DNA of 64,000 bases from Cyanidioschyzon merolae (lineage: Eukaryota). The notes beneath the pieces were generated by a model. The model did no database searches. It had not been told where the DNA came from and was given only the letters and a program-made list of their open reading frames with translations. Shown piece by piece: positions 31,661 through 45,794 of this stretch (positions within the stretch are counted from its first letter, which is position 1; every line of letters starts with the position of its first letter). The stretch lies in the NCBI GenBank assembly GCA_000091205.1, contig AP006494.2. The stretch is one strand, 5' to 3'. Made by a program: the position numbers and the translations under genes.

Positions 31661-32810
31661 GAAGCCGAGGACGGACCAGGAGGCGAGCCCGACGGCGCTG
31701 GAGGTGCAGAAGAACGAGGTTGTCGTTGGCGTGGACTCTGCGAACACGAACATCGTTACCATCGCAGCACCCAAGCGTGAGGAAGATGGCTCTGACGGCA
31801 ACTTACGTCAGAAAGACATAAGTCTATTGAAGCTCTCATGAGCGAGATATTACCAAGAATCCGGTATAATGAATGCGACGAAGAAAAGTGAGACATCGAA
31901 CTCAAGAGTGAAGGGAATTTGGAAGCGATCAGCCGGGTGACGAGCCGCGGAGCCGATATTGAAGCGTTTCGAGAGGCTATGAGCATTCACGCAGCTCATG
32001 ACGAAAGCCTTTGGAAAGAATGCACAAAGTTCAGGTGGGCTCGTTTGCGTATGAACCTGTACTGTTGGAAGCAGCGAGCATACGCCGGCTTTTTCAATCA
32101 GTTGAGCGCCCTCAAGGAGGACGGGAGCCAAAGGCTCGTAGTAGCATACGGGGCAGGTCGATGGATGACCCACAAAGGGTGTATACCAGCTCCAACGACA
32201 AGAACGTACAAGGAGTGCGCACACCGTTATGTAAAAATACCTTTAGATGAGTTTCGAACATCTTCTACACACCACGAGCTGTGTTGTACACTTCAGAGGG
32301 TCGCGATGGAGAAAAGCCAGCGGCTCGCTGACGGAAATGCAAATGGCAAGGAGGGCGAACCTTCGAGGACTACTCGCTTTGGTTAGTAAAACTAATGATG
32401 GCAAGAAACGAATAGAGTTCGTGAATTGAGATTTTAACGCCGCCATCAGTGTAAGGAGGTGTGCAGTACTGGAAAGAAGACCCTCGGAGTTGGCGAGAGC
32501 CAACTTTGCGGGGCAACCTCCCAAAATGGAGTTATACGAGATGAAGTTGAAACCAGTAGCAGGTGGCCAGTTGCGGAACGCCGGCACAGGCGTCTGCACA
32601 TCGATGGGTAGACAATCGGTCTACGGCAGACGGTGTGCCAAGTGCCACCATTGTACACTGGCTTTCCAGCGTTTCTCTTTTGCAAGGCGTTTGGTGGTGT
32701 TTCCAGAGACGAATTGTTTACCAAAAACGTCTTCTATCGATCTTCGAAACCAACGTGCTGCTTCCTCTGTGCGGCACGGGGCGTACGCTATGCGCTTTTC
32801 TGCTGATTGA
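31661..32810 (+). mobile_element. TnpB/Fanzor-like RuvC-domain repeat copy 3, plus strand, head-to-head with copy 2. It carries RuvC-I 'VVGVDSANTNIVTIAAP', the RuvC-II region 'AAHDESLW...GFFNQLSALKEDGSQRLVVAYGAGRW', Zn-finger-like 'KECAHRY...THHELCC', and RuvC-III 'FVN*DFNAAISV' with an in-frame stop. The 3' tail frame stays open to 32810.
   Basis: 'GFFNQLSALKEDGSQRLVV' aligns with the canonical TnpB segment 'GEFRRQLEYKAEWYGRTLVVV' that precedes the Zn finger. There are multiple frameshifts. Confidence 0.6.
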
Positions 32811-34888
32811 CAGCGGAAGCGACGAGTCCGGTTACTGCCTTGAAGACTTAGACGCTTTAGAGAGACCATCATATCGATGGTTTCAGTTTTCTGACCTCCT
32901 CCTAACCACCACGCTCGGATCTCTGTTGCAACGGCACGCGCAGCAGCTCTCATGGCAGCCAAAGCTGAACCCGGGCATCGAGAGAGTGGAAAGCTGCATC
33001 AAAGGTGGCGCAAAGCCAAGGGAGCCGGTCATCTGAGCAAGCTTGCATCACCTGCAGAGCTGCGAGCACTCGTCCAAGCGAAACTGACACCCGAGGAGCA
33101 AGTGCGTTTTGGGATGCAGTGTGCAGGGCTGGCAGCCAAGGCACTTGAGGTACTCGACAAGTCGCTTACATCTTTAGAGCAAGACATAGAGAACGAGTCG
33201 TGTGACTGGGAAATAAGATCGGACGCTGCTGTGGACCGTGTTGCGAGACGATTCCTTGCCGATCTCGAACAGCTAAAGCAAACTGGCAGCACGCGTCGAC
33301 TCACCCAACTCAGTATTTGGCGTCGCATCAGTCGCTATGTCTTACTGGCGGAAATGCGAGCATGAACTGCAGGCTGAAGGCAGTCCTTTTGTGAGGCAAG
33401 TCGCGAAGATCGCGGACCAGGCATCCAAGACTCCGGGATACCGCCAGGTCGTTGCCTGGGAGCATCTGGAAGAGCTTGCAGACGCGGCGACTGCAGATGG
33501 TGTATTCGGTTCGCAGTCGCGGTCGATGTCACGTATCTTGCGTCGCCCAGAAAGTCGGTTTGGACTCTTGCTCACGAAACTAGAGCTTGGTGAGGAGCTC
33601 TGCACACCCGAGGAGCGGCGTTTGATGCTAGCATTGGATACCTCTGATGCGAGACTTGAACCCGAACGCATGCGCTCGAGGAAGAGGGCACCTGGTGGAG
33701 CGCAGGATGGCGCCTCTGCAAAGCGCGACCACGGGAGGTCTGCATCCGTTTCGTCGTCGTCGTCGTCGTTAGATCCAGAGCACGGGGACGACGTGCACCC
33801 AGCGGCCAAGAACGCGTCGTCCGTGAGGAAGAAAAGACGACATCATCGGCGACGATCATCCAACAAAAACGAAACCGGGGAGAATCCTCAGTGAGCCAGC
33901 ATTTGAGCGAGAGTGCCGCCGAATCATCGCCGTGCCCTGGCCCAGTGGATATCGCATGATGCCTCGTTTACAGCGGTTCACCCATGATCCTGGGTGGTGA
34001 TTATCGCCGCCGGAATACCTCAGGACTAGATCGCGGATCGTTGGAAGCTACGCTCGCGTCCATCGCGTGTACCATGTGCTGCAAAAGTGGTGCTTGTCTG
34101 CAGCTCCACAAAGAGCACATGATCGCGTGCTGTGCTGCGAGCACCACGGCGCCGGCCTCTGTCGGCAAACGCGCTCAAAGGCGTACTCGCGACAAGCATG
34201 AATTCAGCAGGAATATTGGCGCTGGTTGAGGCACTACGACTGACTATCGAGAGACCAGTCTCAGCAACCGCAGCACTCGCCGATCACTGGGGCGCAGCTT
34301 AAACTCCAGCATCGATGCGGCCGCGTCAGAGCCAGACCTGCAGACTAGTGGACAGAGCGCAGCATGCCTCATTCTGGATCTCGCAGAAGTACCCGCCAGA
34401 GACGCTTTTCAGGGTAGCCAGTGGCGGATCGCGTCTATTTCGCTACCGGGAATTCGGACGGATTCCGCGTCCAGTCGACCGGGGACGGTTCACGCTCTCC
34501 ACTCGGACGTCAACGCGTTTCACTTTGGTGATGAAGGTGCTGCATCCATCCACCGACCAGTCTGCATGACGATTCGAAGAACATCGGGCGGAACCTTTGA
34601 TGCATACCTCTGGAGCATGATTCGCAGAGGTGTACTTTTTTGCAGGTCGTCGAGGTAGAGCGTGTGGCGAGAGCCACATATTTGAGCGACCTCGCACCGG
34701 GCGTGATCCAAGACACCATTCGGCTGATGCTCAAGCGTGCCTCGCGTACCCGACATGTCGCTGCTCACCTTCGTGATGCTGGTGTGCTTCTATGGGTAGC
34801 GCACTTGCGCCCGTTTGCGAAGCGTAGCGGACCTTGAGGACAAATGGCACGCTCCAGCAGCCATGCGCTTGCATAGGTCATGCATTCA

Positions 34889-35365
34889 TCATGTGCTGCT
34901 TTCCAAAGCAGCACCCAGGGCGTGGTCATCAAACACGTCGTGGAAATCCCAGAACTGCACATTCCAGCGGGGTTGGTAGCGCCGACACCAGCGCTCAAAC
35001 CCCTGGATATATGCGGGTCGCAGGTGCGCATCCAAAGCGTTCCGGAACGCCACCATGGACTCCTCGATGATCGAGGGATCCATGAGAATGCTCCCCGACA
35101 ACGGATCCAGCATCACCTTGACCGGAACATGCTCATAACCCCAGAAAGGCAGTTTCGTCCCGATATCGCCGACCGCTGCCCATCGGAATGAAAACGGCAC
35201 ATGTCGCTGGAACGCTGCGGCGAAAGCGCGATTCCCGACTCGAGGCGACCCAAAAGTCACACACATCACCAGATCCGATGACAGACGCAACGACTGTGAA
35301 TTCTCAAAACACGTCATATCGAGGGCAGCGATGCTTGCCAGAGCCCCGCCGAGAGAGTGACCTCA
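34889..35365 (-). pseudogene. Lipase class 3 (fungal-type triacylglycerol lipase fold) C-terminal fragment. An in-frame TGA sits immediately before the nucleophile motif 'GHSLGGALA', and there is no room for the N-terminal half.
   Basis: '...IF*GHSLGGALASIAALDM...VTFGSPRVGNRAFAAAF'. Upstream is only the (CAG)n tract and then the start of the next plus-strand gene at 35509. Confidence 0.5.
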
Positions 35366-35442
35366 AAAGATCACCGGTTTGTGGTTGCAAGATGCACTAT
35401 CCAAGGAGTTCATCGCACTACACGGTTGCGCTTCGCTCGCAT

Positions 35443-35469
35443 CTGCTGCTGCTGCTGCTGCTGCTGCTG
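35443..35469. repeat. (CTG)9 microsatellite
   Basis: Direct reading. Confidence 0.95.
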
Positions 35470-35508
35470 TTACAAAGGCCCACCTAGTTCCTCGTCGGTC
35501 CCACTGTC

Positions 35509-38457
35509 ATGAACTCTGAACTGGATCAACGGGACACCGCCTTCTCCAGAGACGAATTCTCTTTACTTTTGGCGGAACCCGCGCTGAAGAGCCTAGAGCA
35601 GCGCTGCACCGACTCTGAGCTGCGAGAGTGGCTCTCGCTTCTTGTCGCACACTACCGAACTACTGAGTACCCCGAGCCAAGGTTTCTCGATGATACGCTG
35701 GAAACGCTACGACGATGTATAGCAAATGCCGTTGAAGAGAATAGAGAGGCGCAACTGCCAGAGGGTGATATTTACGATAGCGCTGGGGAAACGGCTGGGC
35801 CGCTCGCTCTAGAGTTGCTGCTATCAAGCCTCGATCTCATTGCCAAGTCGGTTCTGAAAAATGCAGCTCTCGAAATGCCAAGAGACCACGGAACAAGCGA
35901 GGCGTCGGATCGATCAGCCGCGTCAAAAGCTGCTGGAAAACACGCTAGTGCCGTTCGTTCAACGGCATCCACTGCGCTGAGGCTCTTGAGCGGCCTCTTC
36001 TCTGCAGACGATTCCCGCGTGGGGCCTGCCACCAGTGACGCGCCCAGCGAAAGCGCGTTGCATGTCCTTCTACACAAGTTGCCGTGCTTGTTACAGCTCG
36101 TTGCCGACGGCTACCGTGCAAATCCCGCGCTCTACCGCCGCTGCAAGTCCTTTGTGAATAGTTTTCTAGCGGAACACCTCACCGCGTATAGTTGTGCTTT
36201 ATGTATCGCTAGTGCGGATATTTCGGAAGGAAATGTTCTTCCAACGTCAGCTTCGCTCGGTTTTCTCGAAAGCATCATCAAGCTGAGCACCGGATCCGAT
36301 ACTGTGCCTCCAGCTGTTCTCTGCGCTTGTATCAGTAAGCTGACGACTGCGATTGCGCTTGAGCAAGCGCAACAGGGACAAGCATCGTCCCGGAACGCTG
36401 GAGCGAGCCAGTCAATACTTACGGATCCTTCGCTATCAACGTTGCCTCGTGCTGGACTAGCGCTATCTGAGGTGGCGAGCGGGAAGGCATCGAACGCTCC
36501 CATGGCTAATTCGAAGGCGCTAGCAGCTGAGCACAGGCAAAGTGCGCTCCAGAGTCGCGAGCAGCGTCGTGTGCTCGCTGTGTTTCTCGCTGGCGTTAGC
36601 GCCGAAAATTTGAAACGCCTACAGAACCTCCATGGACATGCGCTCATCGTGCTGCAGTTGTGGATTGATCACATCAAGCCCAGTGACTTGGCCGCGGATG
36701 AAATGCTCTCAGCATTCTCCATGCTCATGGATGCTACGATTCGGTACTATCGAGAGCCAGTGTGCCCGCTGCTGCTTCTGCAAGCAGTGCAAAGTTTCGT
36801 GTATCGCTGTTCTTCAGAGAGGGCCAAGTATCCTCTAACTTTTCTTGATCGTATTCGCGCGGCAATTGAGACGGTCATCGGAATTGCCGGTGAGGACTGG
36901 CAACCGCTGGGCGCCCGCGATCCACAGCAGACGCAACATGAGCGCAGCGTGCGATTCGCGTTTTCCAGCCTCGGGTTGGAGTTCCTGACTGCGTATGCGA
37001 TTCCTCTCGTCGAGGCCGTCTTTCGCGAGGACAAGACAATGCGGAGGAAGCTCATCAGTGCAATAAGCGTAGTAGCATTGCGCATTCTCAAGGCTCCATC
37101 GCCGGAAGACCCCGAAAACACGCCGCCGGCAATCGTCAGGGAGCTGACGGCGGCATTGGACCCGAGGCTGCACAGCTTAGGTCGGGGACTTGACGCTATG
37201 GCCTACGACTGTGACATTCAAATTTATGCGGATGTAGCAGCGGGCTGGAGACCTTGTTTCGAGGGAGACCTGCAGGTCGCGTACAAAACCAGGGCCGCTC
37301 TGCTCATCTACAAACTTTTAGAACCGTCCATGTTGGATGATTTCGGAAATGAAGTCACTGAATCCAGTGAATCTGGTGGGCGCTCCCAATGGCGAGTGAA
37401 GGACTTGCAGGAGCGACTCGTTTCCGCGTTTGAAGACATCGCCTTTTTTCGCTTTAAGAATCGAATGATGCTGCTTCTGCTTGGTCAAAGCCTGGGGGCA
37501 ATTTTTCGACATAGTGACTCGCTCCAGATCGCTCTCATCGGTGAAAGCAGCACCCGCAACCAAAGCCAGTCGGTAACCACAGCGGCACTGTTCCAGGCGC
37601 GAGACGTATCCGCCGATGAAGCGCGCTCCCTGCGGCGCATCGCTTTCATGCTCTTTCATAGTCGCGTGGGTGAATTTACGTCCCAAAGCCGGTCTCTACT
37701 GCGCAGAATTGAATCCGACTGGCGCAAAAATGACGCGAAGGTGTCCGCGGCCTGTTTCCTGCTCCTTCGTGTCATGCTTCTGCGCTTTCCGCCCGAGCAT
37801 CTGCTTGGCTCGCGGGCGACACTCTTGTCAGAAACCTTACGCATATTACGTGGTGCAACGGGAGAACCCATTGCTGCTCTTGGCGCTATCAAATTCGTGG
37901 ATCAGCTCCTTTTGCTGAATATGCCCGAATTCAGCTATGTGCTACCCATGTTCTTGGCAATCGAACCTTATGCCGACGGATTCGCGCCCGAGCCTTTGCT
38001 TTCCAGGGGCATATTTGCGGAAAACGAGCCATTCAGGAAGCCTGCGCAGAGCATCGGCACGCTCTTGCCTCCGTACGCTGTTGGCCAGAGCGCGAAGCGT
38101 CAGGGAAAGCCGATTCTCGTCGAACTGGCCGCAGGCGTCGAGGACTTTGGTGATGCACTGCCCCCCGAGGCCGGTAGACCTATCCGAATAGATCCTCAGC
38201 GGTTTCTAAGATCGAGGCAAAATCACTTATCAGTCAGTGCAAAGGAGACTCCCCAGTCCTCGAGGAGTGTATCGCCCACTGAGGCGCTACGAGCTCTTCG
38301 TAGTTATGCGCTGCACCTGGAGTCTTCCAACGAGCAACGTCGTTGCGTCTATATCTTAGCCCTTTGCTATGTGCGTGCTACCAGGAACCAGAGAAGAGAA
38401 CTCGATTCTGATATGAATTCTACCGCTTTCCAGGTGCTCTTGGAGGGAATCGTCTAG
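35509..38457 (+). CDS. Hypothetical large protein, 982 aa, alpha-helical and possibly HEAT/ARM-like. No diagnostic motif was recognised.
   Basis: An uninterrupted 2.9-kb ORF with coding-like GC3 bias and no homology that could be assigned by eye. Confidence 0.45.
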   Translation: MNSELDQRDTAFSRDEFSLLLAEPALKSLEQRCTDSELREWLSLLVAHYRTTEYPEPRFLDDTLETLRRCIANAVEENREAQLPEGDIYDSAGETAGPLALELLLSSLDLIAKSVLKNAALEMPRDHGTSEASDRSAASKAAGKHASAVRSTASTALRLLSGLFSADDSRVGPATSDAPSESALHVLLHKLPCLLQLVADGYRANPALYRRCKSFVNSFLAEHLTAYSCALCIASADISEGNVLPTSASLGFLESIIKLSTGSDTVPPAVLCACISKLTTAIALEQAQQGQASSRNAGASQSILTDPSLSTLPRAGLALSEVASGKASNAPMANSKALAAEHRQSALQSREQRRVLAVFLAGVSAENLKRLQNLHGHALIVLQLWIDHIKPSDLAADEMLSAFSMLMDATIRYYREPVCPLLLLQAVQSFVYRCSSERAKYPLTFLDRIRAAIETVIGIAGEDWQPLGARDPQQTQHERSVRFAFSSLGLEFLTAYAIPLVEAVFREDKTMRRKLISAISVVALRILKAPSPEDPENTPPAIVRELTAALDPRLHSLGRGLDAMAYDCDIQIYADVAAGWRPCFEGDLQVAYKTRAALLIYKLLEPSMLDDFGNEVTESSESGGRSQWRVKDLQERLVSAFEDIAFFRFKNRMMLLLLGQSLGAIFRHSDSLQIALIGESSTRNQSQSVTTAALFQARDVSADEARSLRRIAFMLFHSRVGEFTSQSRSLLRRIESDWRKNDAKVSAACFLLLRVMLLRFPPEHLLGSRATLLSETLRILRGATGEPIAALGAIKFVDQLLLLNMPEFSYVLPMFLAIEPYADGFAPEPLLSRGIFAENEPFRKPAQSIGTLLPPYAVGQSAKRQGKPILVELAAGVEDFGDALPPEAGRPIRIDPQRFLRSRQNHLSVSAKETPQSSRSVSPTEALRALRSYALHLESSNEQRRCVYILALCYVRATRNQRRELDSDMNSTAFQVLLEGIV

Positions 38458-38592
38458 TGGAGTCGTTTGTTTTTTGGCATTACATGTGCAGTTGCACAAG
38501 TGACAACGCACATGTTACACCCGTGGCAGAATAAAGTGGAGCAGGTCGTTTCATCCAACACAAAGGAACAAGCTTGAGTTTGGAATTCCGTC

Positions 38593-39917
38593 CACGATCA
38601 TCAACTCCAGCCTATATGGGGTTTGTTCTGTAATTAGATTCTCCACCGTTCTCTTACGAGCGGATTGCAATACCTTGGACGTCTCTTGTCCTCTAAAATC
38701 GTTTACAGCAGTCAAAGGGTGATGACGGCAGCGCTCAAGTCCAGAGTTCACAGCATCCTGCAGTTTTTCACGTATTGCATGCATAGACGCAAGTCACAGT
38801 TCCCATGTCTTCTTCGTACACATCTGAGTGCGTCCTTCACACCAGTGACACTCGGCTGTGGTCAGCAGGCGATCGAATACGTGCTCGACAACGCCGCCCC
38901 CACGAGCTGTCCTGCAGCGCGTGAACGCTCGGGGCATCACTCGGTGGATGCCCTTGACGCATACTGAAAGCACCCAGCGAGGCGCTCGCTTCCGTTCCCG
39001 AGCCCCGTACCCTACACTGGGATCATCCGCTTCAGCTGAGCGATATCCTCAGCGAGTGTTGTATCGGCTGTGGGCGCAAGCGCACGCTGTTCCATTCGGC
39101 GGAGGAGTTATGGAATGCAATCTAGTCCGCCATGAAACGTGTACAGAAACGTACGTTCAAACCGGAGAACAAGCCGATAGACTCCGATCCGTCGACGCTT
39201 GTCTCGTACGTAGCGGTGGCGCATGCCCTACTGGTACCGAGTGCTGCGATGACCCCAGTCCGCTTCAGTCCACTTTTCCATGCGAGAACAGGAGAGACGA
39301 GCGCTTCTGGCAGCAGCACCAGCAGCACCATAGTGCCCTGAGAAGCATCACGCTGGTACTGAATGTCGATTCTTCACTGGTCATCACGAAAGGAGGATTT
39401 GTTTTCCGAAATGAATCGATCATTTGACGTGACAAGGCCAGTGGACGTTCAGCAAGCGCTCGTGAACAATGCGTCAGAGGACGACACGTCGGGGTTTCTC
39501 GCGTTGCGAGCCCCGCTGAACGACTCGCAGTGCGCACACGAGTTGCCTTGAGCCCCAAAAGATAAGATCGATCATGTAGAGACTTCGTGATTTGAACATA
39601 CTGCATGTCAGAAATGGAGAAGCGTCGAGATACGTGCGAATGAAGTATATCATGGTGTCACTGTATCGGTTGGTTGACGAACGCACGTACGAAAGCGTCG
39701 TGAAGCATCGTGATATCGGTGACGCCAGGAAATCCAGCAGCCGGGCGTCGAAGAGACCCCCGCGACCAGACCACCGATCATCCTAGAAGTACGAATGAAT
39801 CCGTGATCCCCCATTGCTGTACCTGGGCTCTCGATGCTGGGCATCTAGAAACGTTCGGAACTACGTCGCCAGGCATGCATGGAGCGTGCAGCTCAGCACT
39901 CCATTCTATACTGACAC
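38593..39917 (+). repeat. Dispersed direct repeat, copy A (about 1,325 bp). It is about 98-99% identical to copy B at 56877-58213 and has an internal (CAG)n tract shorter than in B.
   Basis: Identical ORF sets in the six-frame track at a constant offset of 18,284 bp (18,296 bp after the microsatellite). Boundaries were read directly: identity starts at 'cacgatcatcaactcc' and ends at 'ccattctatactgacac'. Confidence 0.9.
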
Positions 39918-41908
39918 ATCTGTAGCAGCGCTGCATGCTGTCCGTTGACGTGTACGTTTGCCCATCGCATGCACCACCACTACGGCTGCTACTTCAGTTA
40001 CCACCACCAACCCCAAAGTCTTGAATCGGAAACGCAGACAGGCGTCTTCACATCGGAGCAGCGCATATTGTAGTGGGACGCCCTCCGAATAGACGTTGTT
40101 TAGAGGCACGACGCCCTGTTCGTAGAAGCAAGGATGTATCCATTTGTCCACTTGTGATTCGTAGACTGGCACGAGTTGCAAGCTGCTGTCCTCCAGATAT
40201 CCGTACTGCCGCCGAGCGGTGTTCATCATTTCTACAAGTAGCCGCGCCTCGGTCTTAGAAGCATTGTCCAGTGGCAAGGTTGACTTTGCCTCGGAAACGA
40301 TGCAGGCTAGCAATCCCGGTTGCGTGCTGTTGTCTAGAGAACGTCACCTGGGTTCCTGGTTCCACCACGAATCTCGTGCTTTGGGACATACTGCTTTGGA
40401 GACCCTGGAACGTTATAGCATCCACGGAAGCACTGCAATCTTTTTCCGAGATATCTGTTTTGATCAGTGCCCTATCAGGGAGATGCTTGCCCGATGCATC
40501 CAACTTCGCTTAGGGACAAGCTGCTCCGAATTCCATGTACTGGAGCCGATCTTCCGAAAGACAGTATCCAGCTCGATGCATTCGTCGTGATCAGAGGAAA
40601 CTACTCCCCGCCGAACTGCAACAAGTGTGTACAAACACCTGCCCAGAGGCACGGTTGTGGAGCGTATCGGACCTCGGCACGAAAGCCGCGGAGAGCTCTA
40701 CAGCCGCACGGTGGTCTCTTGATCCGGCTTCCCACTCGTACAGAAGCACGGGTCTGTCTGAAACTTCTAGAACACAGCAGCACCTGCGGGGGAACTGTGG
40801 TCACGTCTCTGGTTACCGTTCGTATTCGTGGATTGTAGACACCACTGGTTTGACGCAGCGTTCCGTCAACAGGTACAGTAGCGCTAGTGCGGAAGCGTCA
40901 AGCGTACCGGACGTTGGTGCGCGGCACTGGCCTTTCGGGTCTGGACCTCTTTATGGGCAACTGTTTTGGAACAGAGCAGCGGACAAAGCACCGCGTGCAC
41001 CCAGAAAGCAGCTACCGGACGGAGTCCACGTCGTCAACCGTTCGACGAACGCCTCAGTCTGGCCGCGTCCTCGGTAGTGCAGCAGCGGGTGCAGACGCGC
41101 CAGCGCCCACCGAGCGACGAGAGGTGCTCGCGAAAGCCGCCGAATCGCGGACCCAGAAGTATCATAAGACAAGAGACAAGTCTGCGGGAGTTGAGCGGAA
41201 GCAGATGCGCGGACCTCGGGAACCATTGTCACCGGCCGAGCAGCGCCATCAAGAGGAGCTCGTTCGAGGTTGGCAGTCGTGAACGAGCTGGTGCCCCTCC
41301 ATAAGCTTTGCTCGCGCGTCGCCAGGCACCGACTCGACAAAACCAAGCCCCGGAACAAGTAAATGCGATCAAAGTGAGGTCAGGGCTTGTTGTCTCTGGA
41401 AGCAGCTTGCGGCCTTGCGCTAGACTCGACCGACCTGGAGCAGCGGACGTATCGCCCAGCGGGAGGAACCAGTGCACGTACTTCCACAACTTCCAAGGTC
41501 ACCAGCAAGGCATCCAAAGCAACGGACCATGGCATTGGATTGCGTCGCGTAGATGCTCGTACGGGCATCACCAAGCCGCCATTTCGGTGGACGATGTCCA
41601 CGATTCGCACCGCTTTCCGATGTGCATAGGATCTTGCCTCGAAGTCCGATGCGAACGCTGGTATAGCGCTGATGGAACACGAATGCAGCTTTCGAAGACG
41701 CCAGACCCATGCCTTGGTGATGAACGACACCATTCGTGTATCCGGACAAGTCTGGTTCAATCCACGGACGCTTGACCAGGAAACAAACATTGCATGGCGC
41801 TTGCATAGCTCCGACACGGTATGTGCAAACAGGTATGGTTTACGTCATCAGCCCTGGGTCGCATTCGCGGTACGCACACTCCGTTCCATCCACCTTCCAC
41901 GCCTTTTT

Positions 41909-44500
<2,592 letters not shown>

Positions 44501-44562
44501 TTACCGTTACAAGCGGTCGAGCGCTTCACAACGCGAATGCTGCCCGCACGCGATTCAGCAGG

Positions 44563-44600
44563 CGTGCGTGTGTGCGTGTGTGCGTGCGTGTGTGCGTGCG
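44563..44600. repeat. (GTGC/GT)n compound microsatellite just upstream (minus-strand sense) of the CDC48 start
   Basis: Direct reading. Confidence 0.9.
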
Positions 44601-45794
44601 CTTTGTATGGATACATGCATGAAGCAGGTATGCTCCGGCAACTTTGCGTGCGGCTCGAGTCGGTACTCTGTACAACGAGTGCATCACATGAATACGGAGT
44701 CCTCGTACATCGACAGGAAAAGTATATGATCGCACGCGTAGGTATAAAAAGTATATCAGTGATCAGCGCAGCTTGTCTTGCAAAAATGCCGATCAGGCTC
44801 ATTCGGCATGTCTTTCATATCAATTCTGTGACACCCCTGGTGCGGTGCATCGCAGGGGACCGAACAGACGATGGAATGTAGCACAGAGATCGTAGGCAAG
44901 TCGTCTGCAGGATACGTATTCCGTAATGAACAGTGCGACGAGGACAAAATTCATCCTCCCGGTCAGTCGTACCACAGTATTCAAGTGGTTGAGGAACTTT
45001 GAAAGAGCGACGCATATACGGACCGCACCAAAAACCGATAGTTTTAAAGATTGCTTGTGGTCAATGGTGGCGAACCACCCGTTGATCACGTTAAGGAAAG
45101 CAAAAGCGACGATCGTAGCCACCACGCACATCTCTGATCCTAACAGCTTGTTCGTATGGTCCTGAATACAATGGGACGCAGCTGCAAAAAATGTTCTAGT
45201 TCACATACGGCCATCTTCCACCGAAATCGCAACGGCAGCGTTCATGGATCGTCGCGATCAGTATGAAGCACAGTAACGTCGGTTGTTTCTTTCATCCGAT
45301 GAGACTTTCTTCGAACGAAACCGTCGGAGTGTGTATGGGCATTCGCGGAACACGGAGACCGTTGTATGTAGAATCGAACTCGAAAAGCAAGATGACATCA
45401 CCATCTATTCTTGATGTGGTGGATTCATTTGGCGGCCTCAGTTTTGCTCCCAGTGAGGGCTCGTGCAAAGGCACCAACCACTTTGTCGAATCATTGAATA
45501 CTTTTCGCTGAGGTCTGGCGACGACCTTCTATTCGACAACGTGGATTTTCTCCAATTTCCTCGAATTCGATTTTTGCCGATGGTATCGGAGGTAGAACTG
45601 CTTTTGATTCCTCCGTACGCTCCGTGGTTGAACGCCATCGAAGGTGCGTTTTGTATCGTGAAACATTATGATAGCTTCACTAGGCGAATCGCGGAAGCGT
45701 TCAGCGCACGGTGACACGGGGGAACGTATCGTCGCTCGTGAGCAAGTGCTTATGCTTGCGGGAGGCTGCTCATCTTAGAGCCTAAGGAAAACCC

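Noticed and set aside
32952-33894. Two consecutive plus-strand ORFs (32952-33365, 33337-33894) as a single frameshifted gene
   Set aside because: There is no recognisable domain. They are Ser/Arg-rich and low-complexity, so this could be a real disordered protein, but support is insufficient and it is left unannotated.
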